DNA of 64,000 nt, from contig NC_058368.1 in assembly GCF_018350175.1 (NCBI RefSeq), positions 140,246,001-140,310,000 of the forward strand, read 5' to 3'. This document shows positions 26,411 to 39,129 of the stretch, in pieces. Made by a program: the position numbers and the translations under genes. Source of the DNA: Felis catus. Taxonomy: Eukaryota. Position 1 is the first letter of the stretch; every line of letters starts with the position of its first letter. Under the pieces are notes generated by a model, which saw only the letters and a program-made list of their open reading frames with translations, was not told the origin of the DNA and ran no database searches.

Positions 26411-26807
26411 ATGAAACCACTTTAAATCTGTTCAGAAACTTTGTTGAATTTTTAAAACTCAGGGAAGCCTCCCTGAGAAAGTGGTTGTTAAATTGAATCT
26501 TCAAATAAGTAGTCCCCAAAAAGTAATATAGTCCAGGCAGGAGCAACAGCCTGTGGAAGGCAAGGAAGTAGGGGGGAAATCTAGCAACTTCTGGATACTT
26601 CAGAATACATTTCTTTTTTTGCATAGAAACATTCTTTTATTTATTCATTAATTTGTTTTTCATCCTTTTGATTTTTTTAAATGAGAATGTTAATTATAAA
26701 AGCAGTTCATGCTCTTTTGTTAAAAACAAGTATTTCAGGTAATGAAGTGTTTAAAATAGAAAGTGGAAGTCCACCATTCAACAACTTCCCTGCTTCCAGC
26801 ATCGAAT

Positions 26808-27420
26808 TTATTTTTCATTTTTTTGATTTAAATTTCGGTTAGTTAACATACAGTGCAATATTGGTTTTAAGAGTAGAATTCAGTGATCCATCACTTACAT
26901 ATAACACCCAGTGCTCATCACAATAAATGCCTCCTTAGTTCCCATCACCCATCTAGCCCATCCCCCACCCACTTCCCTCCATCAACCCTCAGTTTGTTCT
27001 CTATCATTAAGAGTCTCATGTGGTTTATTTCCCTGTCTTCTCTTCCCCCTCCTTCCCATGTGCTTATCTGTTTTGTTTCTTAAATTCTGCACGTGAGTGA
27101 AATCATGGTATTTTTCTTTCTCTGATGGACTTATTTCGCTTAGCATAATACATTCTAGCTCCATCCATATCATAGCAATGGCAAGATTTCATTCTTTTGG
27201 ATGTCTGAGTAATATTCCTTTGTAAATACATACCACCCTCGTCTTTATCCATCCATCAGTCGAAGGACATTGGGGCTCTGTCTATAGTTTGGCTATTGTT
27301 GACAATGCTGCTATAAACACTGGGGTGCAGATTCAAATACCCCTTTGAATCTGTATTTTTGTATCCTTTGGGTAAATACATAATAATACAATTGCTGGAT
27401 CACAGGGTAGTTCTGTTTAA
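26808..27420 (-). mobile_element. Carnivore L1 3' end
   Basis: Antisense 3' UTR and ORF2 C-terminus (ORF track: WMELECIMLSEIS). Confidence 0.88.
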
Positions 27421-27422
27421 GC

Positions 27423-27740
27423 TAGTGATTTTTAAACCATTTGAATAAGAGTTCCCACTAAGAAACACATTGCAGCCCATTATACACTTATATACATATA
27501 TATTTATTTTATATATATCAATGTATATGTAGACACACACACACACATATATATATGCATAAATGTATATACATTCTACATCATAAACATGTTCATAATG
27601 AAGAAAAAGTTTCATGAAATGATGCTTATCCTTATTACTTGAGTTGCCCTGAACTATTTTCATCTCTATTGTAATTTTTAAATGTTAGTAGCTTATAGCT
27701 ACTGAGTTAATTCTGTAGCCCACAGACTGAAAAGCACTGA
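27423..27740. mobile_element. Possible hAT-Charlie MITE with TA-rich core
   Basis: Ends tagtgatttttaaac and gactgaaaagcactg resemble Charlie-type terminal inverted repeats. Confidence 0.35.
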
Positions 27741-28155
27741 CCTGAGTGATCTGCCCACACCTAACAGTAGATAACTTCTACGTCACTTTAAGAAGGGACA
27801 AATGCATGAAGCAGTGCCATATTTTGACCTACTGTTTGATGCAGAATGACATTATGAATCTTGCGATTTGTTTGGTACATCCAGTTTGCTACAGATAAGG
27901 CCTTTCTCTAAATTTCATTTGCTAAAGTCATTGCCAATACTTCTTTATCATATCAAAGGCTCTGAGGAAATCAGTTACTGCTAAATGGATAAATGCATGT
28001 TCTCTTCCTTGATGTGAAATGTCAATAGCAATTTACCTTACAGAAATCTGAACATCAAGGAATCAGCACATGTTTTTAAAACTATATTGCTAAGTGTTTT
28101 CTCTACAATTTGTTTATATCTGTTATTGTACATCATTTAAAAAATATTGATTTTA

Positions 28156-28380
28156 GGGGCGCCTGGGTGGCGCAGTCAGTTAAGCGTCCGATTTCAGCCA
28201 GGTCACGATCTCGCGGTCCGTGGGTTCGAGCCCCGCGTCGGGCTCTGGGCTGATGGCTCAGAGCCTGGAGCCTGTTTCCGATTCTGTGTCTCCCTCTCTC
28301 TCTGCCCCTCCCCCGTTCATGCTCTGTCTTTCTCTGTCCCAAAAATAAATAAAAAAACGTTGAAAAAAAAATTTAAAAAA
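28156..28380 (+). mobile_element. Young Can-SINE (SINEC_Fc type)
   Basis: CpG-intact body; TSD atattgatttta on both sides. Confidence 0.95.
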
Positions 28381-28394
28381 ATATATTGATTTTA

Positions 28395-28516
28395 AGAATT
28401 CAGGGTGGCTCAGTCATTTGAGTGTCTGACTCTTGATTTCACCTCAGGTCATGATCCTCGGGTGGTGGGATCGAGCCCTGCATTAGGGTCCATGCTGAGC
28501 ATTGTGCCTACATGGG

Positions 28517-28564
<48 letters not shown>

Positions 28565-28648
28565 TCTCCCCTGCTTACATGCTCTCTCTTTCTAAAATAA
28601 ATTAAATTAAATTAAATTAAATTAAATTAAATTAAATTAAATTAAATA
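28395..28648 (+). mobile_element. Older Can-SINE with (CT)n and (TAAAT)n tail
   Basis: gggtggctcagtcatttgagtgtctgactcttgatttc...; lies immediately 3' of the young SINE. Confidence 0.88.
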
Positions 28649-29593
28649 AGAGTTAATATTACTGTTTAGAATGATAGTAATGTTTTCCCATAACCCTACT
28701 TTCTGAGGCAGTGGTTTTAAAACTTAGGGGGTCAAGACCTATTTGAAACTCTGATGAGATTTATGGCCTATCTTCCTAGAATGAACAAAACATTTATTCC
28801 ATATACACTCACTAGAGAACACTTAGCCTAAATGGAAGTCACTGCTCATGTCATCTCTCTAGAGCTCAGTCAGCATCTCTTACAATTGCCCACTGGAAGG
28901 AAGCATTGTACTCCCTTCTATTAGTATTGAAACCAGCAGCACCTTATTTGATTCTACCAGTGCACCTACACGTGTACTCATGCGGCGGTGAAATCTATCT
29001 ACTGGGTTCTACTGAAATCTGAAACCTACTGAGGCCAGAACAGTCTAGGAAGCAACCCCATTGAGCCTGTGGCCATCAACACAGCAGCCTGATTGGGCTG
29101 CAGTACCAGCTGCCACAGTGTAGCAGCGAGCAAGTACAGTTACAGACCGCCTCCAAGAAGTGTTTGAAGCTCTTTCCAAAGTCACCACGTCGTGGGTAGA
29201 ACTTATCATAGTATCTCTTTTTTTAAATGTGTTAATTAAAATACTCACTAGATTGTACCAAATGCTGTAATTCTGGCAAATATGTAGAACGTTCAACCCT
29301 GAGCAGAAAACCCGTCATAATCTTCAACAAGGGAGGCTCTAGAAACCACATGACTAGGGCACCACTGCCACCTTTTGGTGACATTACTTAATTGCAGGTT
29401 CTGGAGGGATAATAAACCTGTATTAAACAGAGATTATAGTGTTAAAATTACAAAATGATAGAAAATATACATGGCTTGATATGCTGGGATAGAGAGAGAG
29501 CATGTGCTGTCAGAGCTTGCTTTGGTTCTGCACTTTGCATCTCACGTGGCTGTACTGGCTCTGATTTCTTGTATTTTCTGTACCTGTTGGCAG

Positions 29594-29745
29594 GATTGGA
29601 GGAGCCATTCCCACTGTGTTCTCCTACTTTGCTGAAGTGCTGGCCCGAGAGAAGCGGGGTGAGCATCTGAGCTGGCTCTGCATGTTCTGGATGATTGGTG
29701 GGATCTACGCCTCTGCCATGGCTTGGGCTATCATCCCGCATTACG
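29594..29745 (+). CDS. SV2C: SV2C internal coding exon (probably exon 4), 152 nt
   Basis: Acceptor ttggcag|G at 29593/29594; donor CG|gtaag at 29745/29746. GG+G completes Gly with the previous exon, then IGGAIPTVFSYFAEVLAREKRGEHLSWLCMFWMIGGIYASAMAWAIIPHY(G). This is the SV2-family signature with SV2C-type residues. Confidence 0.95.
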
Positions 29746-30457
29746 GTAAGAGGCTGGCCTTACGTGGGCTGGGCAGGCATCTTATTTTACTTCAGACTCC
29801 ATTCCATCCCTTCCCTCTCTTGTAGATGCTGGTTTGAGGACAACACTGTCATAATCAAGTCTTTCCCTTTTGTGATACCTAGGATGTTTTTCCCCCCGTA
29901 CAGAGTCCTGTATAAGGGAGGACTATGCATTTTGCTGTTTTTAAAGTAATCACTTTCATTTGCTTTCTATGTGCTATCAACTCTGGCGTCCCCACCCCAA
30001 TGGACGTGTAAGGAGACACAGATCTCAATCAGCATATAAGGCAACATGACTTCAATTGTTTTGGGGACTGTCATATACATCAGGCACATACAACTACCTT
30101 CATTCGTCCCCTCTGGGTCCAGTCCAAAGCTTAGCCCCATGTTATCCCTGCGTCTTCTGGCAGCTCATAACTCAGATGAGAACAGGAAGAATCCTGTCTT
30201 CTCATGGACCCTCTGAGAATTTAAGATGTGATTCTCCTGTCCTTGCTGCCAGGATCCCCTCCTCAGTTTCTCCCTAAGCACTTCTTCCTGCCACCTCTGA
30301 ATACCTGAAGGCCTCATGTTTCTGAGCAGTGTTGTCCTGCTTGAAAGCCAGAAACTTCCAGTTGCTTCATCTACAAACAGTGAAATGCAGGGAGAGGTTC
30401 ACAGAATCCAGGAATCAAATTCCATATATAAGGAAAAGAGGAAGGGAGGTGTTCTGG

Positions 30458-30458
<1 letters not shown>

Positions 30459-30498
<40 letters not shown>
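30459..30498. repeat. (TG)n microsatellite
   Basis: Read directly. Confidence 0.95.
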
Positions 30499-30508
<10 letters not shown>

Positions 30509-31036
30509 CAAACAGGTTGAAGTTTGCAAAATATGAGTACTGTATAAAATAAATGGCATGTGACTTCAAAAACTCACTCTTTTGTTCAACCTAAAATTGA
30601 ATCGATCATCAGCTAAAAATTAGATTTCAGAAATTCACTTTTTGATCATTTTCTTTTTTTCTGCTTTTGTTTTAGAGCAGAGCAATTTTTCATTATAAAG
30701 CATAGTTCTGTTAGGGAACAACCTTCTGTGAATTTGATTCATTGCTAAAATCAAAGACAAGATGTAGATTTTAGTATTAAAATGCATTGTAATTTATTTT
30801 AATATACTGCATTACAAAATTCAGGTTTGTCACACTCTTTATTTTAATAAACCTAAAAACTTACATGCAAATCAAAATTGTATATAACAATGACAGCAAA
30901 AACATAAAACCTTCCTACAAAAGCATGTCTGTAGTTCCCTGTCTTTGGACACGTAAGAACTGGAGGAAAAGAAATGTGGACTTGGCGAAGTCTGGGGACA
31001 GCTTGCTCCCTGCAGGCTCAACATCAACCATCCAAC

Positions 31037-31273
31037 AGAGAAGGAAAAAAAAGGAGGAGGAGGAGGAGGAGGAGGAGGAGGAGGGACGAGGAGGAGGAGG
31101 AGGACGAAAAGGAGGAGGAGGAGGAGGAGGAAGAAGAAGAAGAAGAAGAAGAAGAAGAAGAAGAAGAAGAAGAAGAAGAAGAAGAAGGAGGAAGAGGAGG
31201 AGGAAGAGGAAACAGAAAAAGAAAAAAAAAAGAAAAGAAAAGAAAAAGAAAAAAGAAATCAAAGGAAAAAAAG
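31037..31273 (+). repeat. Polypurine tract (GAG)n-(GAA)19-(GAAAA)n
   Basis: Pure GAA at 31130-31186. Confidence 0.97.
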
Positions 31274-32479
31274 ATGTAAGGAATTGGTTACTTGGCCAAA
31301 GAGAACTTTTCTTTGCCGCACACTTAAGTTGAGTGTGGCCTGCCAAGCTCAAGTGATGAGTTTTCCTTTCTTACACTCTGGTTGCTTCTGGGCCAGAAAT
31401 ACCCTCATACAGGTGGTTACCCAGGTCCACCCGAAGGCTCGTTTTCTGCCACCATCCAAGGAATTCTAGGTGATTCTCCTCCTTTGTCTGGGCCCTGAAG
31501 ACCTCAGCCACCCCCAGAACTTGCCCCTGTAGGAAGACATCTAGCTCCCGCCCCACGCAGCTGGCTGTTTGGAAAGGAAAAGCCGTTTCACTGCCATATA
31601 AAGAATTGCTTCTTAGGAACTATGTGTAAAGAGATAAAAAGGAGATACAGAGCCTGTGCAGGGTCCAGCTTTACCCAACCTTGCTCCTTCAGGCTCTTTA
31701 TGCATATGCAACCTTTGTACCAATTTTTTAAAAGTGCCTCATCCAGGTGGACTTGGTTGCAACCCTACTGCTTGGCCTCTCCAGTTGCCCACGCAGAGAA
31801 TTACTGCTGGTGATTTCACTCTGCAGCTGGATTCCTTCCAAGGCCGGCCTTGCATCTCAGCCTCTGATGGCAGCACAGCATCTTGACTCCTGGGTTTTTG
31901 GCGTCTCCTTCCTGGTCCCCTTCCCCATCGTATGGCAGAATTTCTCCTGCTGGCCTTTCTAAACTTGCAAGTCAGTAGGGCTTCTGTAGTTCCCATATTT
32001 CCACCAGACCTGGGCATGATTGCTTTTGTTTGTTTTTCCTCACTAGGTATTTAGTTCCTCAGACTCTTGCCTTTCACGCATCCCAACCCTTAAGCCATGG
32101 AGGGCTCCAGATTTTGCCTCCAGCCTTGCCAATCATCAGTTAGTGGCTACCCTACAGAAAATGGGCATAATCCCACCTTGATTTTTCTCAAGCACACATA
32201 ACGTATTCTTTTTTATAGCAAAAAAGGCTACCTAGTCCATACAAAACTGGAAAGAGCTGAAGTGGTGAATCATAAACAATTGATAAAAAAAAATTACAAA
32301 AAAAAACCAATCAGAATACAACAAAATCAAATGTATCTGAGGCTGAAATTAATTTATATGTTAAAGGAACCTTGAGAAATAATGACCTGGTTAAGAAATC
32401 AGAAACAGAATATTAAAACCTTATGCCCATGCTTTATTGAAGGCTTTCCATGGCCAGAAATGTGGCAAAAGCAATTATT

Positions 32480-32900
32480 GCAATCAAGCTGTCTGTATAT
32501 TAGAATCAACAGGGGAGATTTTTAAATACGCTTGCTGAGTTCATTGTTGCATGCCTGCAATTTGAAGAGTTTTCATTATTTCAAAATAAAAGAACTTAGT
32601 TTTAAAAATTCTGTGCTCCTAGGGGATGATGATGTTTTGTATCTTGATGTGGGGGATGGTGTTTCAGGGGTATTCATTTATAAAAATGCATTAGGCTGGG
32701 TACTTAAGATTTGTGTACATCACTATATGGATGTTACAGTTTTTTTTTTTTTTATAAAAACGCTTAACTAAAAGTTTACCTCTTCCCTAACCCCCTGAAA
32801 ATACCCATGCTTGGGTCCTACGCCAGACCATTTGAATTCAGTTGTCTGGGGTGGGGACTCAGCGTGGGTGGTTTTCAAAGCCCCCAGGTGGTTCTCTACA
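32480..32900. mobile_element. MER5-like MITE interrupted by an old L1M 3' fragment
   Basis: MER5 halves at about 32480-32536 and 32799-32900; degenerate duplication aaatacgcttgct / aaatacccatgct around an L1ME-like insert. Confidence 0.5.
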
Positions 32901-34954
32901 GTCACGTTTGAGATTCTGCAGCTCCCTGCCTCTCCCTGTGGATGATCTCGGAAGCCCCTGGGACTTCATCATGTATGTATAGGGAGGGCTGCACATGGGA
33001 GCAAAGAGAAGAGTGAGCCTGACCAGCATGGTTGACTTATTCAGCAGGTGTTTAGGTTTCTGTGTTGTTGGTTTCATCCAAGCTGAAGGCCTTTCCTATC
33101 CATGAGGCTTAGAATCACTTAAAAAGCAACTCTGACATCTCGATATGTCTTCTTCTCAATGCCACATCTTTTTATTTTACTTCAAATAGACAAGGGGTGT
33201 TAAGGCATCTATTTCCCTTGCAGATTCTGAAAAAACAAAAAGGTTTCTCTTTTCCCTGTGAAATTCTGCATTGCATAAAATGATGTCGCAGCCCATAGGG
33301 AAAAGAGAGCATGTGGGTCCTGCCCCTCCATCATCCTTCATTTAGGAGACCTCTGAGCACCACCACCTGTGTGCTGTAAGGAGTTTTCACCCAGCAGGGG
33401 AGGAATTTGGGAGCAAAATAACATGACTCAGAGCCAGATTCTGGCCCTTCTCACACCAGTAATAGGATTTGCGCTAGAGGGAAGGAATCAAAACCTGGCG
33501 TCCACGCTGCAAGTAATTCAAATAATAAACGATGGAGATAAGAAGGTGTCTGTGGTGTTGCCTTTCTGCTTTTTTTTTTTTTGGCAGAGGGGGCGCTGCA
33601 CAAAGCCCTGCACCTGATGCCAGGAGACTTGAACTCTGACTCCAGACAAGCTTCTTATGCAGAGCAGGACTTGACTGGATGGGAAAGGAAATCTGGAAGG
33701 ATTCTTATGAAGTTAGACAACACCAGGAAGGGGGGTTGGACTGCTGCTAGGGCTGATGATTACCATGTGGGCTGTGGCCAGGGTTTGGTGATGGACAGAG
33801 GAATCCACCTAGTTTCTGTACTGGCATCGGATAATGATGGTGCTTGAACTTCACGTCACTGCTGGCAGGTGGAAGATTTCCCTGCAGACAGTCATCACCA
33901 TCTGAAGTTTCCCAACATAAAATTACCTTGCCCACTCTGACAAGGCCCTGAGAAGGCAGAGTGCTTAGATGGCATCACCTTTCCTGCCGGCCACCTCCCC
34001 TGTGACCAGCTCCTTCCACTCAGGAGCTTCGGGGCTCTCCGTGAGAGAAAAAATAGCACGAGTATGAGATTTTTTTCTTCAGCCTCCCCCCTCTCAGTAA
34101 CCAGGACACCTAAGCATTTAATGGAAGCCTCAAGTGCCTTTGGGGAAAATCGGGTGGGTTGCTGAATCACAGCACTTTCCCTCTCAGGCTGAGAGCTCGC
34201 ATTGAGGCCCGGGCTTTGGAGTTGCTGTGGGATTGCAGCGCTGTCTGCTCCATTAAACCCTCTGTCATCTTTTTCTCTTTTAAATTTGCGTGCACATCAG
34301 ATGAGGTTTGTCCCCTGCTGAGCCGCCTGACAGTGTGCAGCAAGGACATTCAATTAGCTAAGTGGGAAGGCTCTCTGTTCAGCACAAAATGCCTCAGCTC
34401 TTAAAGCCTGGAGCACGTGGGCTGCACTCAGCACTGGAACAGCCCCATAGCCTCCGTCTCACCACCTTCCCTGCACACCCCCCAGAGCCAAGCTGGGGGC
34501 TCCGTAATGCCCAGGCCCACTCCTTCTCCCCACCCCCCAGCCACAGTGAGATGTCTGGGCTTAAAAACACATATTCCTGACGTTGTGACTACCGAGGTGT
34601 CCCTACTTCCTTTAGTTAAGAGATATGTGAAGCTAATCCATTTCTTCTCCTTAACGATGAAACTGGGTGAAGGGGGCACAGTATAGTTGAATGGCTGTCT
34701 GCCTGAAGAAGGAAACAGGCAGGGGTGTGCATGTTTTGTTCACAAGCGGAAAGGCACTGTGGCCAAGGGAAAGGTGGAGAGTGAGTGCTGATCTGGAGCC
34801 TCTCAGCTGTACTGCTTCTGGGTGTGAGCTTTGTCAAGCTGTTGAGTCTCTTCCCGCCCCATTTTCTGGTCAGCATCATGGTAGGGGTCAAGGTTGATGA
34901 TCATATTAGAACCCCATGTTAGAGCATGATTAGTGCTCAAAAAGTGGTAGCTCT

Positions 34955-35080
34955 GGGGCACCTGGGTGGCTCAGTCGGTTAAAAGTCTGACTCTTGGTTT
35001 TGGCTCAAGACATGATCTCACGGTTCATGAGTTCGAGACCCACATTGGGCTCTGTGCTGACAGTGTGGAGTTTGCTTGGG

Positions 35081-35132
<52 letters not shown>

Positions 35133-35210
35133 CCTCCCCCTCCGCTCCTCCCCCACCTTGCTCGCTCTCTCTCTCTCTCTCTCAAAATAAATAAATGAAC
35201 ATTGAAAAAA
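34955..35210 (+). mobile_element. Can-SINE with long (CT)n
   Basis: TSD aaaagtggtagctct / aaaaaaggtagctct. Confidence 0.92.
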
Positions 35211-35689
35211 AGGTAGCTCTTATTGCTGTCAGGTTCATCTACATTGGATACCCAGACTCTGTCAACACATTCTGGCAAGAACTCAGAGCTACAAGAAAAG
35301 AGGGAGAGTGAGGTAATAAAGTATGTGAAACAAATAAACCTCACCTAGAGGGTGAGGAGATCAGAGGAGTCAGAGGAAAGAAAAAATAGGAAAAAAATTA
35401 AGATAGAATCAAGGAAAAAATAATACTGGAAAACCTACATTACCTGGAATCCAATGAATCCAAATCTTCCATTCATTCACTTGTTGGATGATTTAATATT
35501 TGAAGAACATATACTATACAAAGATCCACCTTAAAGCCTTGGGGCCACTCTCGCCAGGTAGGAAGAACAAGAGCCTGGCTGTTCTAATTGGCTGGCATAA
35601 ATGCCAGCCAGCCCTGTGGGTTACAGGGACTACAGTGGACCCCAGCTCCACCTCGGTGGCAAGGTGTCCTACACTCCGCTCACCGGCAG

Positions 35690-35920
35690 TCAGCAGAGTG
35701 GTTACCGGCATGGGGTTAGATATGAGACATGCCCTGGTTCCAAGCAGGCTGTGCCATTCTCTAGTTTTGTCACTTTTAGGGCAGTTAGTTGGGCTGTCTG
35801 GTCCTCAGTTTCTTTATCTCTAAAGCAGGCATACTGCCCCATAGTGTTGCTCTACTCAAGGACTATGTACAAAAAGTGGTTACCACACAGTGCCTGATAC
35901 ACATGTTCATTAAATGGAAA
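35690..35920 (+). mobile_element. MIR
   Basis: cctcagtttctttatctctaaa...cacagtgcctgatacacatgttcattaaatg. Confidence 0.6.
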
Positions 35921-37406
35921 TGGGGCTTTTTTTCTTCTTTTCCACAGGTGGGGCTAACGTTGAGGGAAGGGTATGAAGAAGGAACTAGAATAGTAAAAGG
36001 AGCTTGCTGTCCTTTCCTAACCATAGTTTCTCACTCTGTGCTTATGACTTGAAGGCTATAGAGGTGGATAAGAAGGGGGAGTGTACAGGAACAGAGCTTG
36101 AGAGGCGTGCCAAGTATTCTGCACCCACTCCAGGGTGGCAGGGGAGGGCTACAGTGACAGCTGGGTCCCACTTTCCAGCCCAGCCAGAACAGGTAGGTGT
36201 CGAGTGGCCCCAAGCCCTGCTGCCTACCTTTGCCGAACTTCATTGAATGTCACAGGGCTAAAGATTTTATGCTCAAATACGTGAGTAGGACATGTAGGAG
36301 GAATCAACTTGGTACATCAATGGATACCAGTAGCATTTCTTAATTTGTCCAATTTAGAATCCATCTGATCTTTGATTTCAACAAAATGACCTTTGAGCTT
36401 GGATTTCCTTCACTCTGTGGCTCAGTTTTCCCTCTGCATTAGAGGCATACATCAACCCCCATAATAATAAAGTCTTTATTTAAGAGCTTAAGAAATGGAC
36501 ATGAGGCAGTCTCATAGTTTAAGCATATGACTATGTTCTTAGTGAGTATGTTTCATTGCTTACGGGTTTCAGAGGCCTTCTTAGACATAGCCACAGGCTC
36601 TCCCATCCTCAGTCCTCCTCTCTCCTCATGCTCAGTGCATCACCTGGGGAAACATGTTTGTCAGGTAGGGCCAGCTCCCCCACCTGCCACCCACCCCAGC
36701 CCCTGCTGCAGATCCAAAAGATATGTCTCCATCCTTGAGTGATGGAGAATTCTGCACAGTCTCACTCTGCCCTTTGAGGTATGCGTGGTGAACTCACAGG
36801 AGCCACCTCTTCTGTTGTGCATTAAGCCAGTTACCATGGTGCTCAGGTCTTCATGCTTCCATTCAAACTCCTTAGAAAGGGAAGGGGCAGCAGTCACTTG
36901 TTGAGAGCCTTCTATGTCCCAGACATTATGCCAGGCACATTGATCTTACACACAGAGTCTTAGAGAAATGGGCTTTAAACCTATGACGGTTTTCCTGCTC
37001 ATGTCTTGGCGTGAAGAACCGTGGGGGTGCGTCCTGCTGAGGCTGCTGGGTGAAGACTCAGGCAGTCAGGTGAAGCCTGAAGAATGTTCCTCTCAGAGTG
37101 ATGCTTTTAAACACAGAAAATGAAGTAAGTAGGATTGTAAATGAAACCAATTGTTATCAAAATGTATTAGTATATTAAGTAACAACACCTGGTATCAGGT
37201 CTAATAGCTACCATAATTTTTAAGTAGATATGCACATAGAAGCCGAAAGTCAACTCATTCTTTCTCTTGCATCCTAGGAAACCATTGGACTATGGGTTCT
37301 CCCAGAATCCCACATTCCATTCTTTACCGCCTGTGTTAGTTAAGATTAGGATTGACTGGAGGGGGAAGAAAGATGAGGATTGACTGGATATAAAAGAAAA
37401 AAAAAC

Positions 37407-37621
37407 AGGTACCTGGGTGGCTCAATCATTTAAGTGTCCGACTTCGGCTTAGGTCATGATCTCGCAGTTGGTGAGTTCGAGCCCCACATTGGGCTCTGTG
37501 CTGACAGCTTGGAGCCTGGAGCCTGCTTGGAATTCTGTGTCTCTCTCTCTCTCTACCCCTCCCGTGCTTGTGCTCTGTCTCTCTCTCTCAAAAATAAATA
37601 AACTTTAAAAAAATTTTTTTA
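37407..37621 (+). mobile_element. Can-SINE
   Basis: cctgggtggctcaatcattt head, CT block and A tail. Confidence 0.9.
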
Positions 37622-37871
37622 AGAAAAAACAAATTAACACAGGCATGAACAAGATGTAAGCTTGTTTTATATTAAAAGGAGACCGGATTGGAGCTGTCCA
37701 GTGCTGGGATGGTAGTTGCATCCATCAAAGGCCCAATTCCTCTTATCTCAAAATTCCCTTTATCTGCCAGTCTTAGCACATTCCGACTAGTAGGTCCACA
37801 TTCTAGGCAGCATAAATCAGGAAGGATCGATAGGCTATACCTGTGCTACCATTAAAAATCTCCCTGTGTCA

Positions 37872-38000
37872 GGGGCACCTGTGTGGCTTAGTTGGTTAAG
37901 TGTCCAACTCTTGGTCTCAGCCCAGGTCTTGATCTCAGAGTCATGAGTTCACACCCCTCATTGTGTTCTGCACTGGTTGTGAAGCCTACTTTACAAAACA
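37872..38000 (+). mobile_element. Short old Can-SINE lacking the CT block
   Basis: ggggcacctgtgtggcttagttggttaagtgtcc...gaagcctactttacaaaac. Confidence 0.8.
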
Positions 38001-38257
38001 ATTCTCCCTGGAAGTCCCACACAAATCCACTTAAATCTCATTAGCCAGAACTTCAGCACGTGACCATTCCTAGCTGCAAGGGAGTCTTGGAAATGTATAG
38101 TAGTCTTCTGTACCAAGCAGTAGAGAGAACACAGATCAGATAGAGTGGATTTGGGGAGACAACTATTCATCTCTGCTGTACCATTTCATTCTTTCTCTGG
38201 AAAATCCTTCAGAAATATCCATGTGGTTCATAATCTAAAATTTTTGTATGGCCCTTC

Positions 38258-38430
38258 TGTATTGGTTTTTAGATGCAAATAATGGAAAGCAACTCTGGCT
38301 AACTTAACCAGAACAGGAATTTATTAGAAGGCTATTGAGTAGCTCACAGAATGGTCAGGAAGGCTAGAGCACCAGGCTCAGGAAATGGCAGGAGCCAAGA
38401 GTATTGTTCCTTAGATGGCTGGCATGGTCA
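38258..38430 (-). mobile_element. MaLR LTR fragment (MLT1L/N-like)
   Basis: tgtattgg...caactctggctaacttaaccaga...aatttattagaagg. Confidence 0.5.
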
Positions 38431-39129
38431 GTCAACAAACTCAAAATTTTAGCACCCAGACCCAAAAACCCCCGCTAATTTCTAAGAGAAATTAGTTCAA
38501 AGTACACAGCTTCAGTTTCCACTGCACCAAGGAGCTTTGATAGCGGTTTAATTGTTTTTCAAAGATCATGGAGATTTCTATGCAAGATAGAATCCTCAGG
38601 GGCACCACCTGCTGTTAGAAAGTCATGACTATCAAAAAGTGACATTATAGACAAGGTATCTTAAGGCCCTAATTCAGTTAAGGCACTTAGCATATAATCA
38701 CGTGTGCCAGAGAGGAGAATCTGCGTCCATATGAGGGTGGATACAGTTTGGGCTAGTGCGGCCTTTACATGTTGGTTACAAGAAAATTAGGTACAAAACT
38801 AGAGGGAGCCCTACCCAATGTGAATCCTCTGAGGTATTTTAGCAGACCAGACCTCTTCATCCTCAGATTACAGTTGACTAAACCTCTGGGTCCTTCCCAA
38901 AGCAAATGTGAATCCCAGCCTAATCACTGGACTAGATCTTCCATGAATCCTGGAGTACTTGATCTCCAGTAGAGATGAAAGCACCTATATCTATAATAAA
39001 TAAAACCAGAAAAGTTGGTTTCACTTACTGTAGGTATGGATAACCTACTGCAAGAGCTGTTGACTTTAAGGTGTGCCTTGAGAACAAACAGTGAAAACAT
39101 TTGATAGTATAGAAAATGTATGTCACAAA

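Larger units (their letters stand above)
14050..29593 (+). other. SV2C: SV2C intron, phase 2, about 15.5 kb
   Basis: GT...AG between the two exons; the reading frame is continuous across it. Confidence 0.9.
37332..38178 (-). mobile_element. Old MaLR LTR (MLT1J/I-like) carrying two Can-SINE insertions
   Basis: ctcattagccagaacttcagcacgtgaccattcctagctgcaagggagtcttggaaatgt is characteristic of MLT1J-type LTRs. Confidence 0.6.

Noticed and set aside
30865..31352. Long poly-E/R/L ORFs on both strands
   Set aside because: They are open only because they cross the GAG/GAA tract; no splice or homology support.
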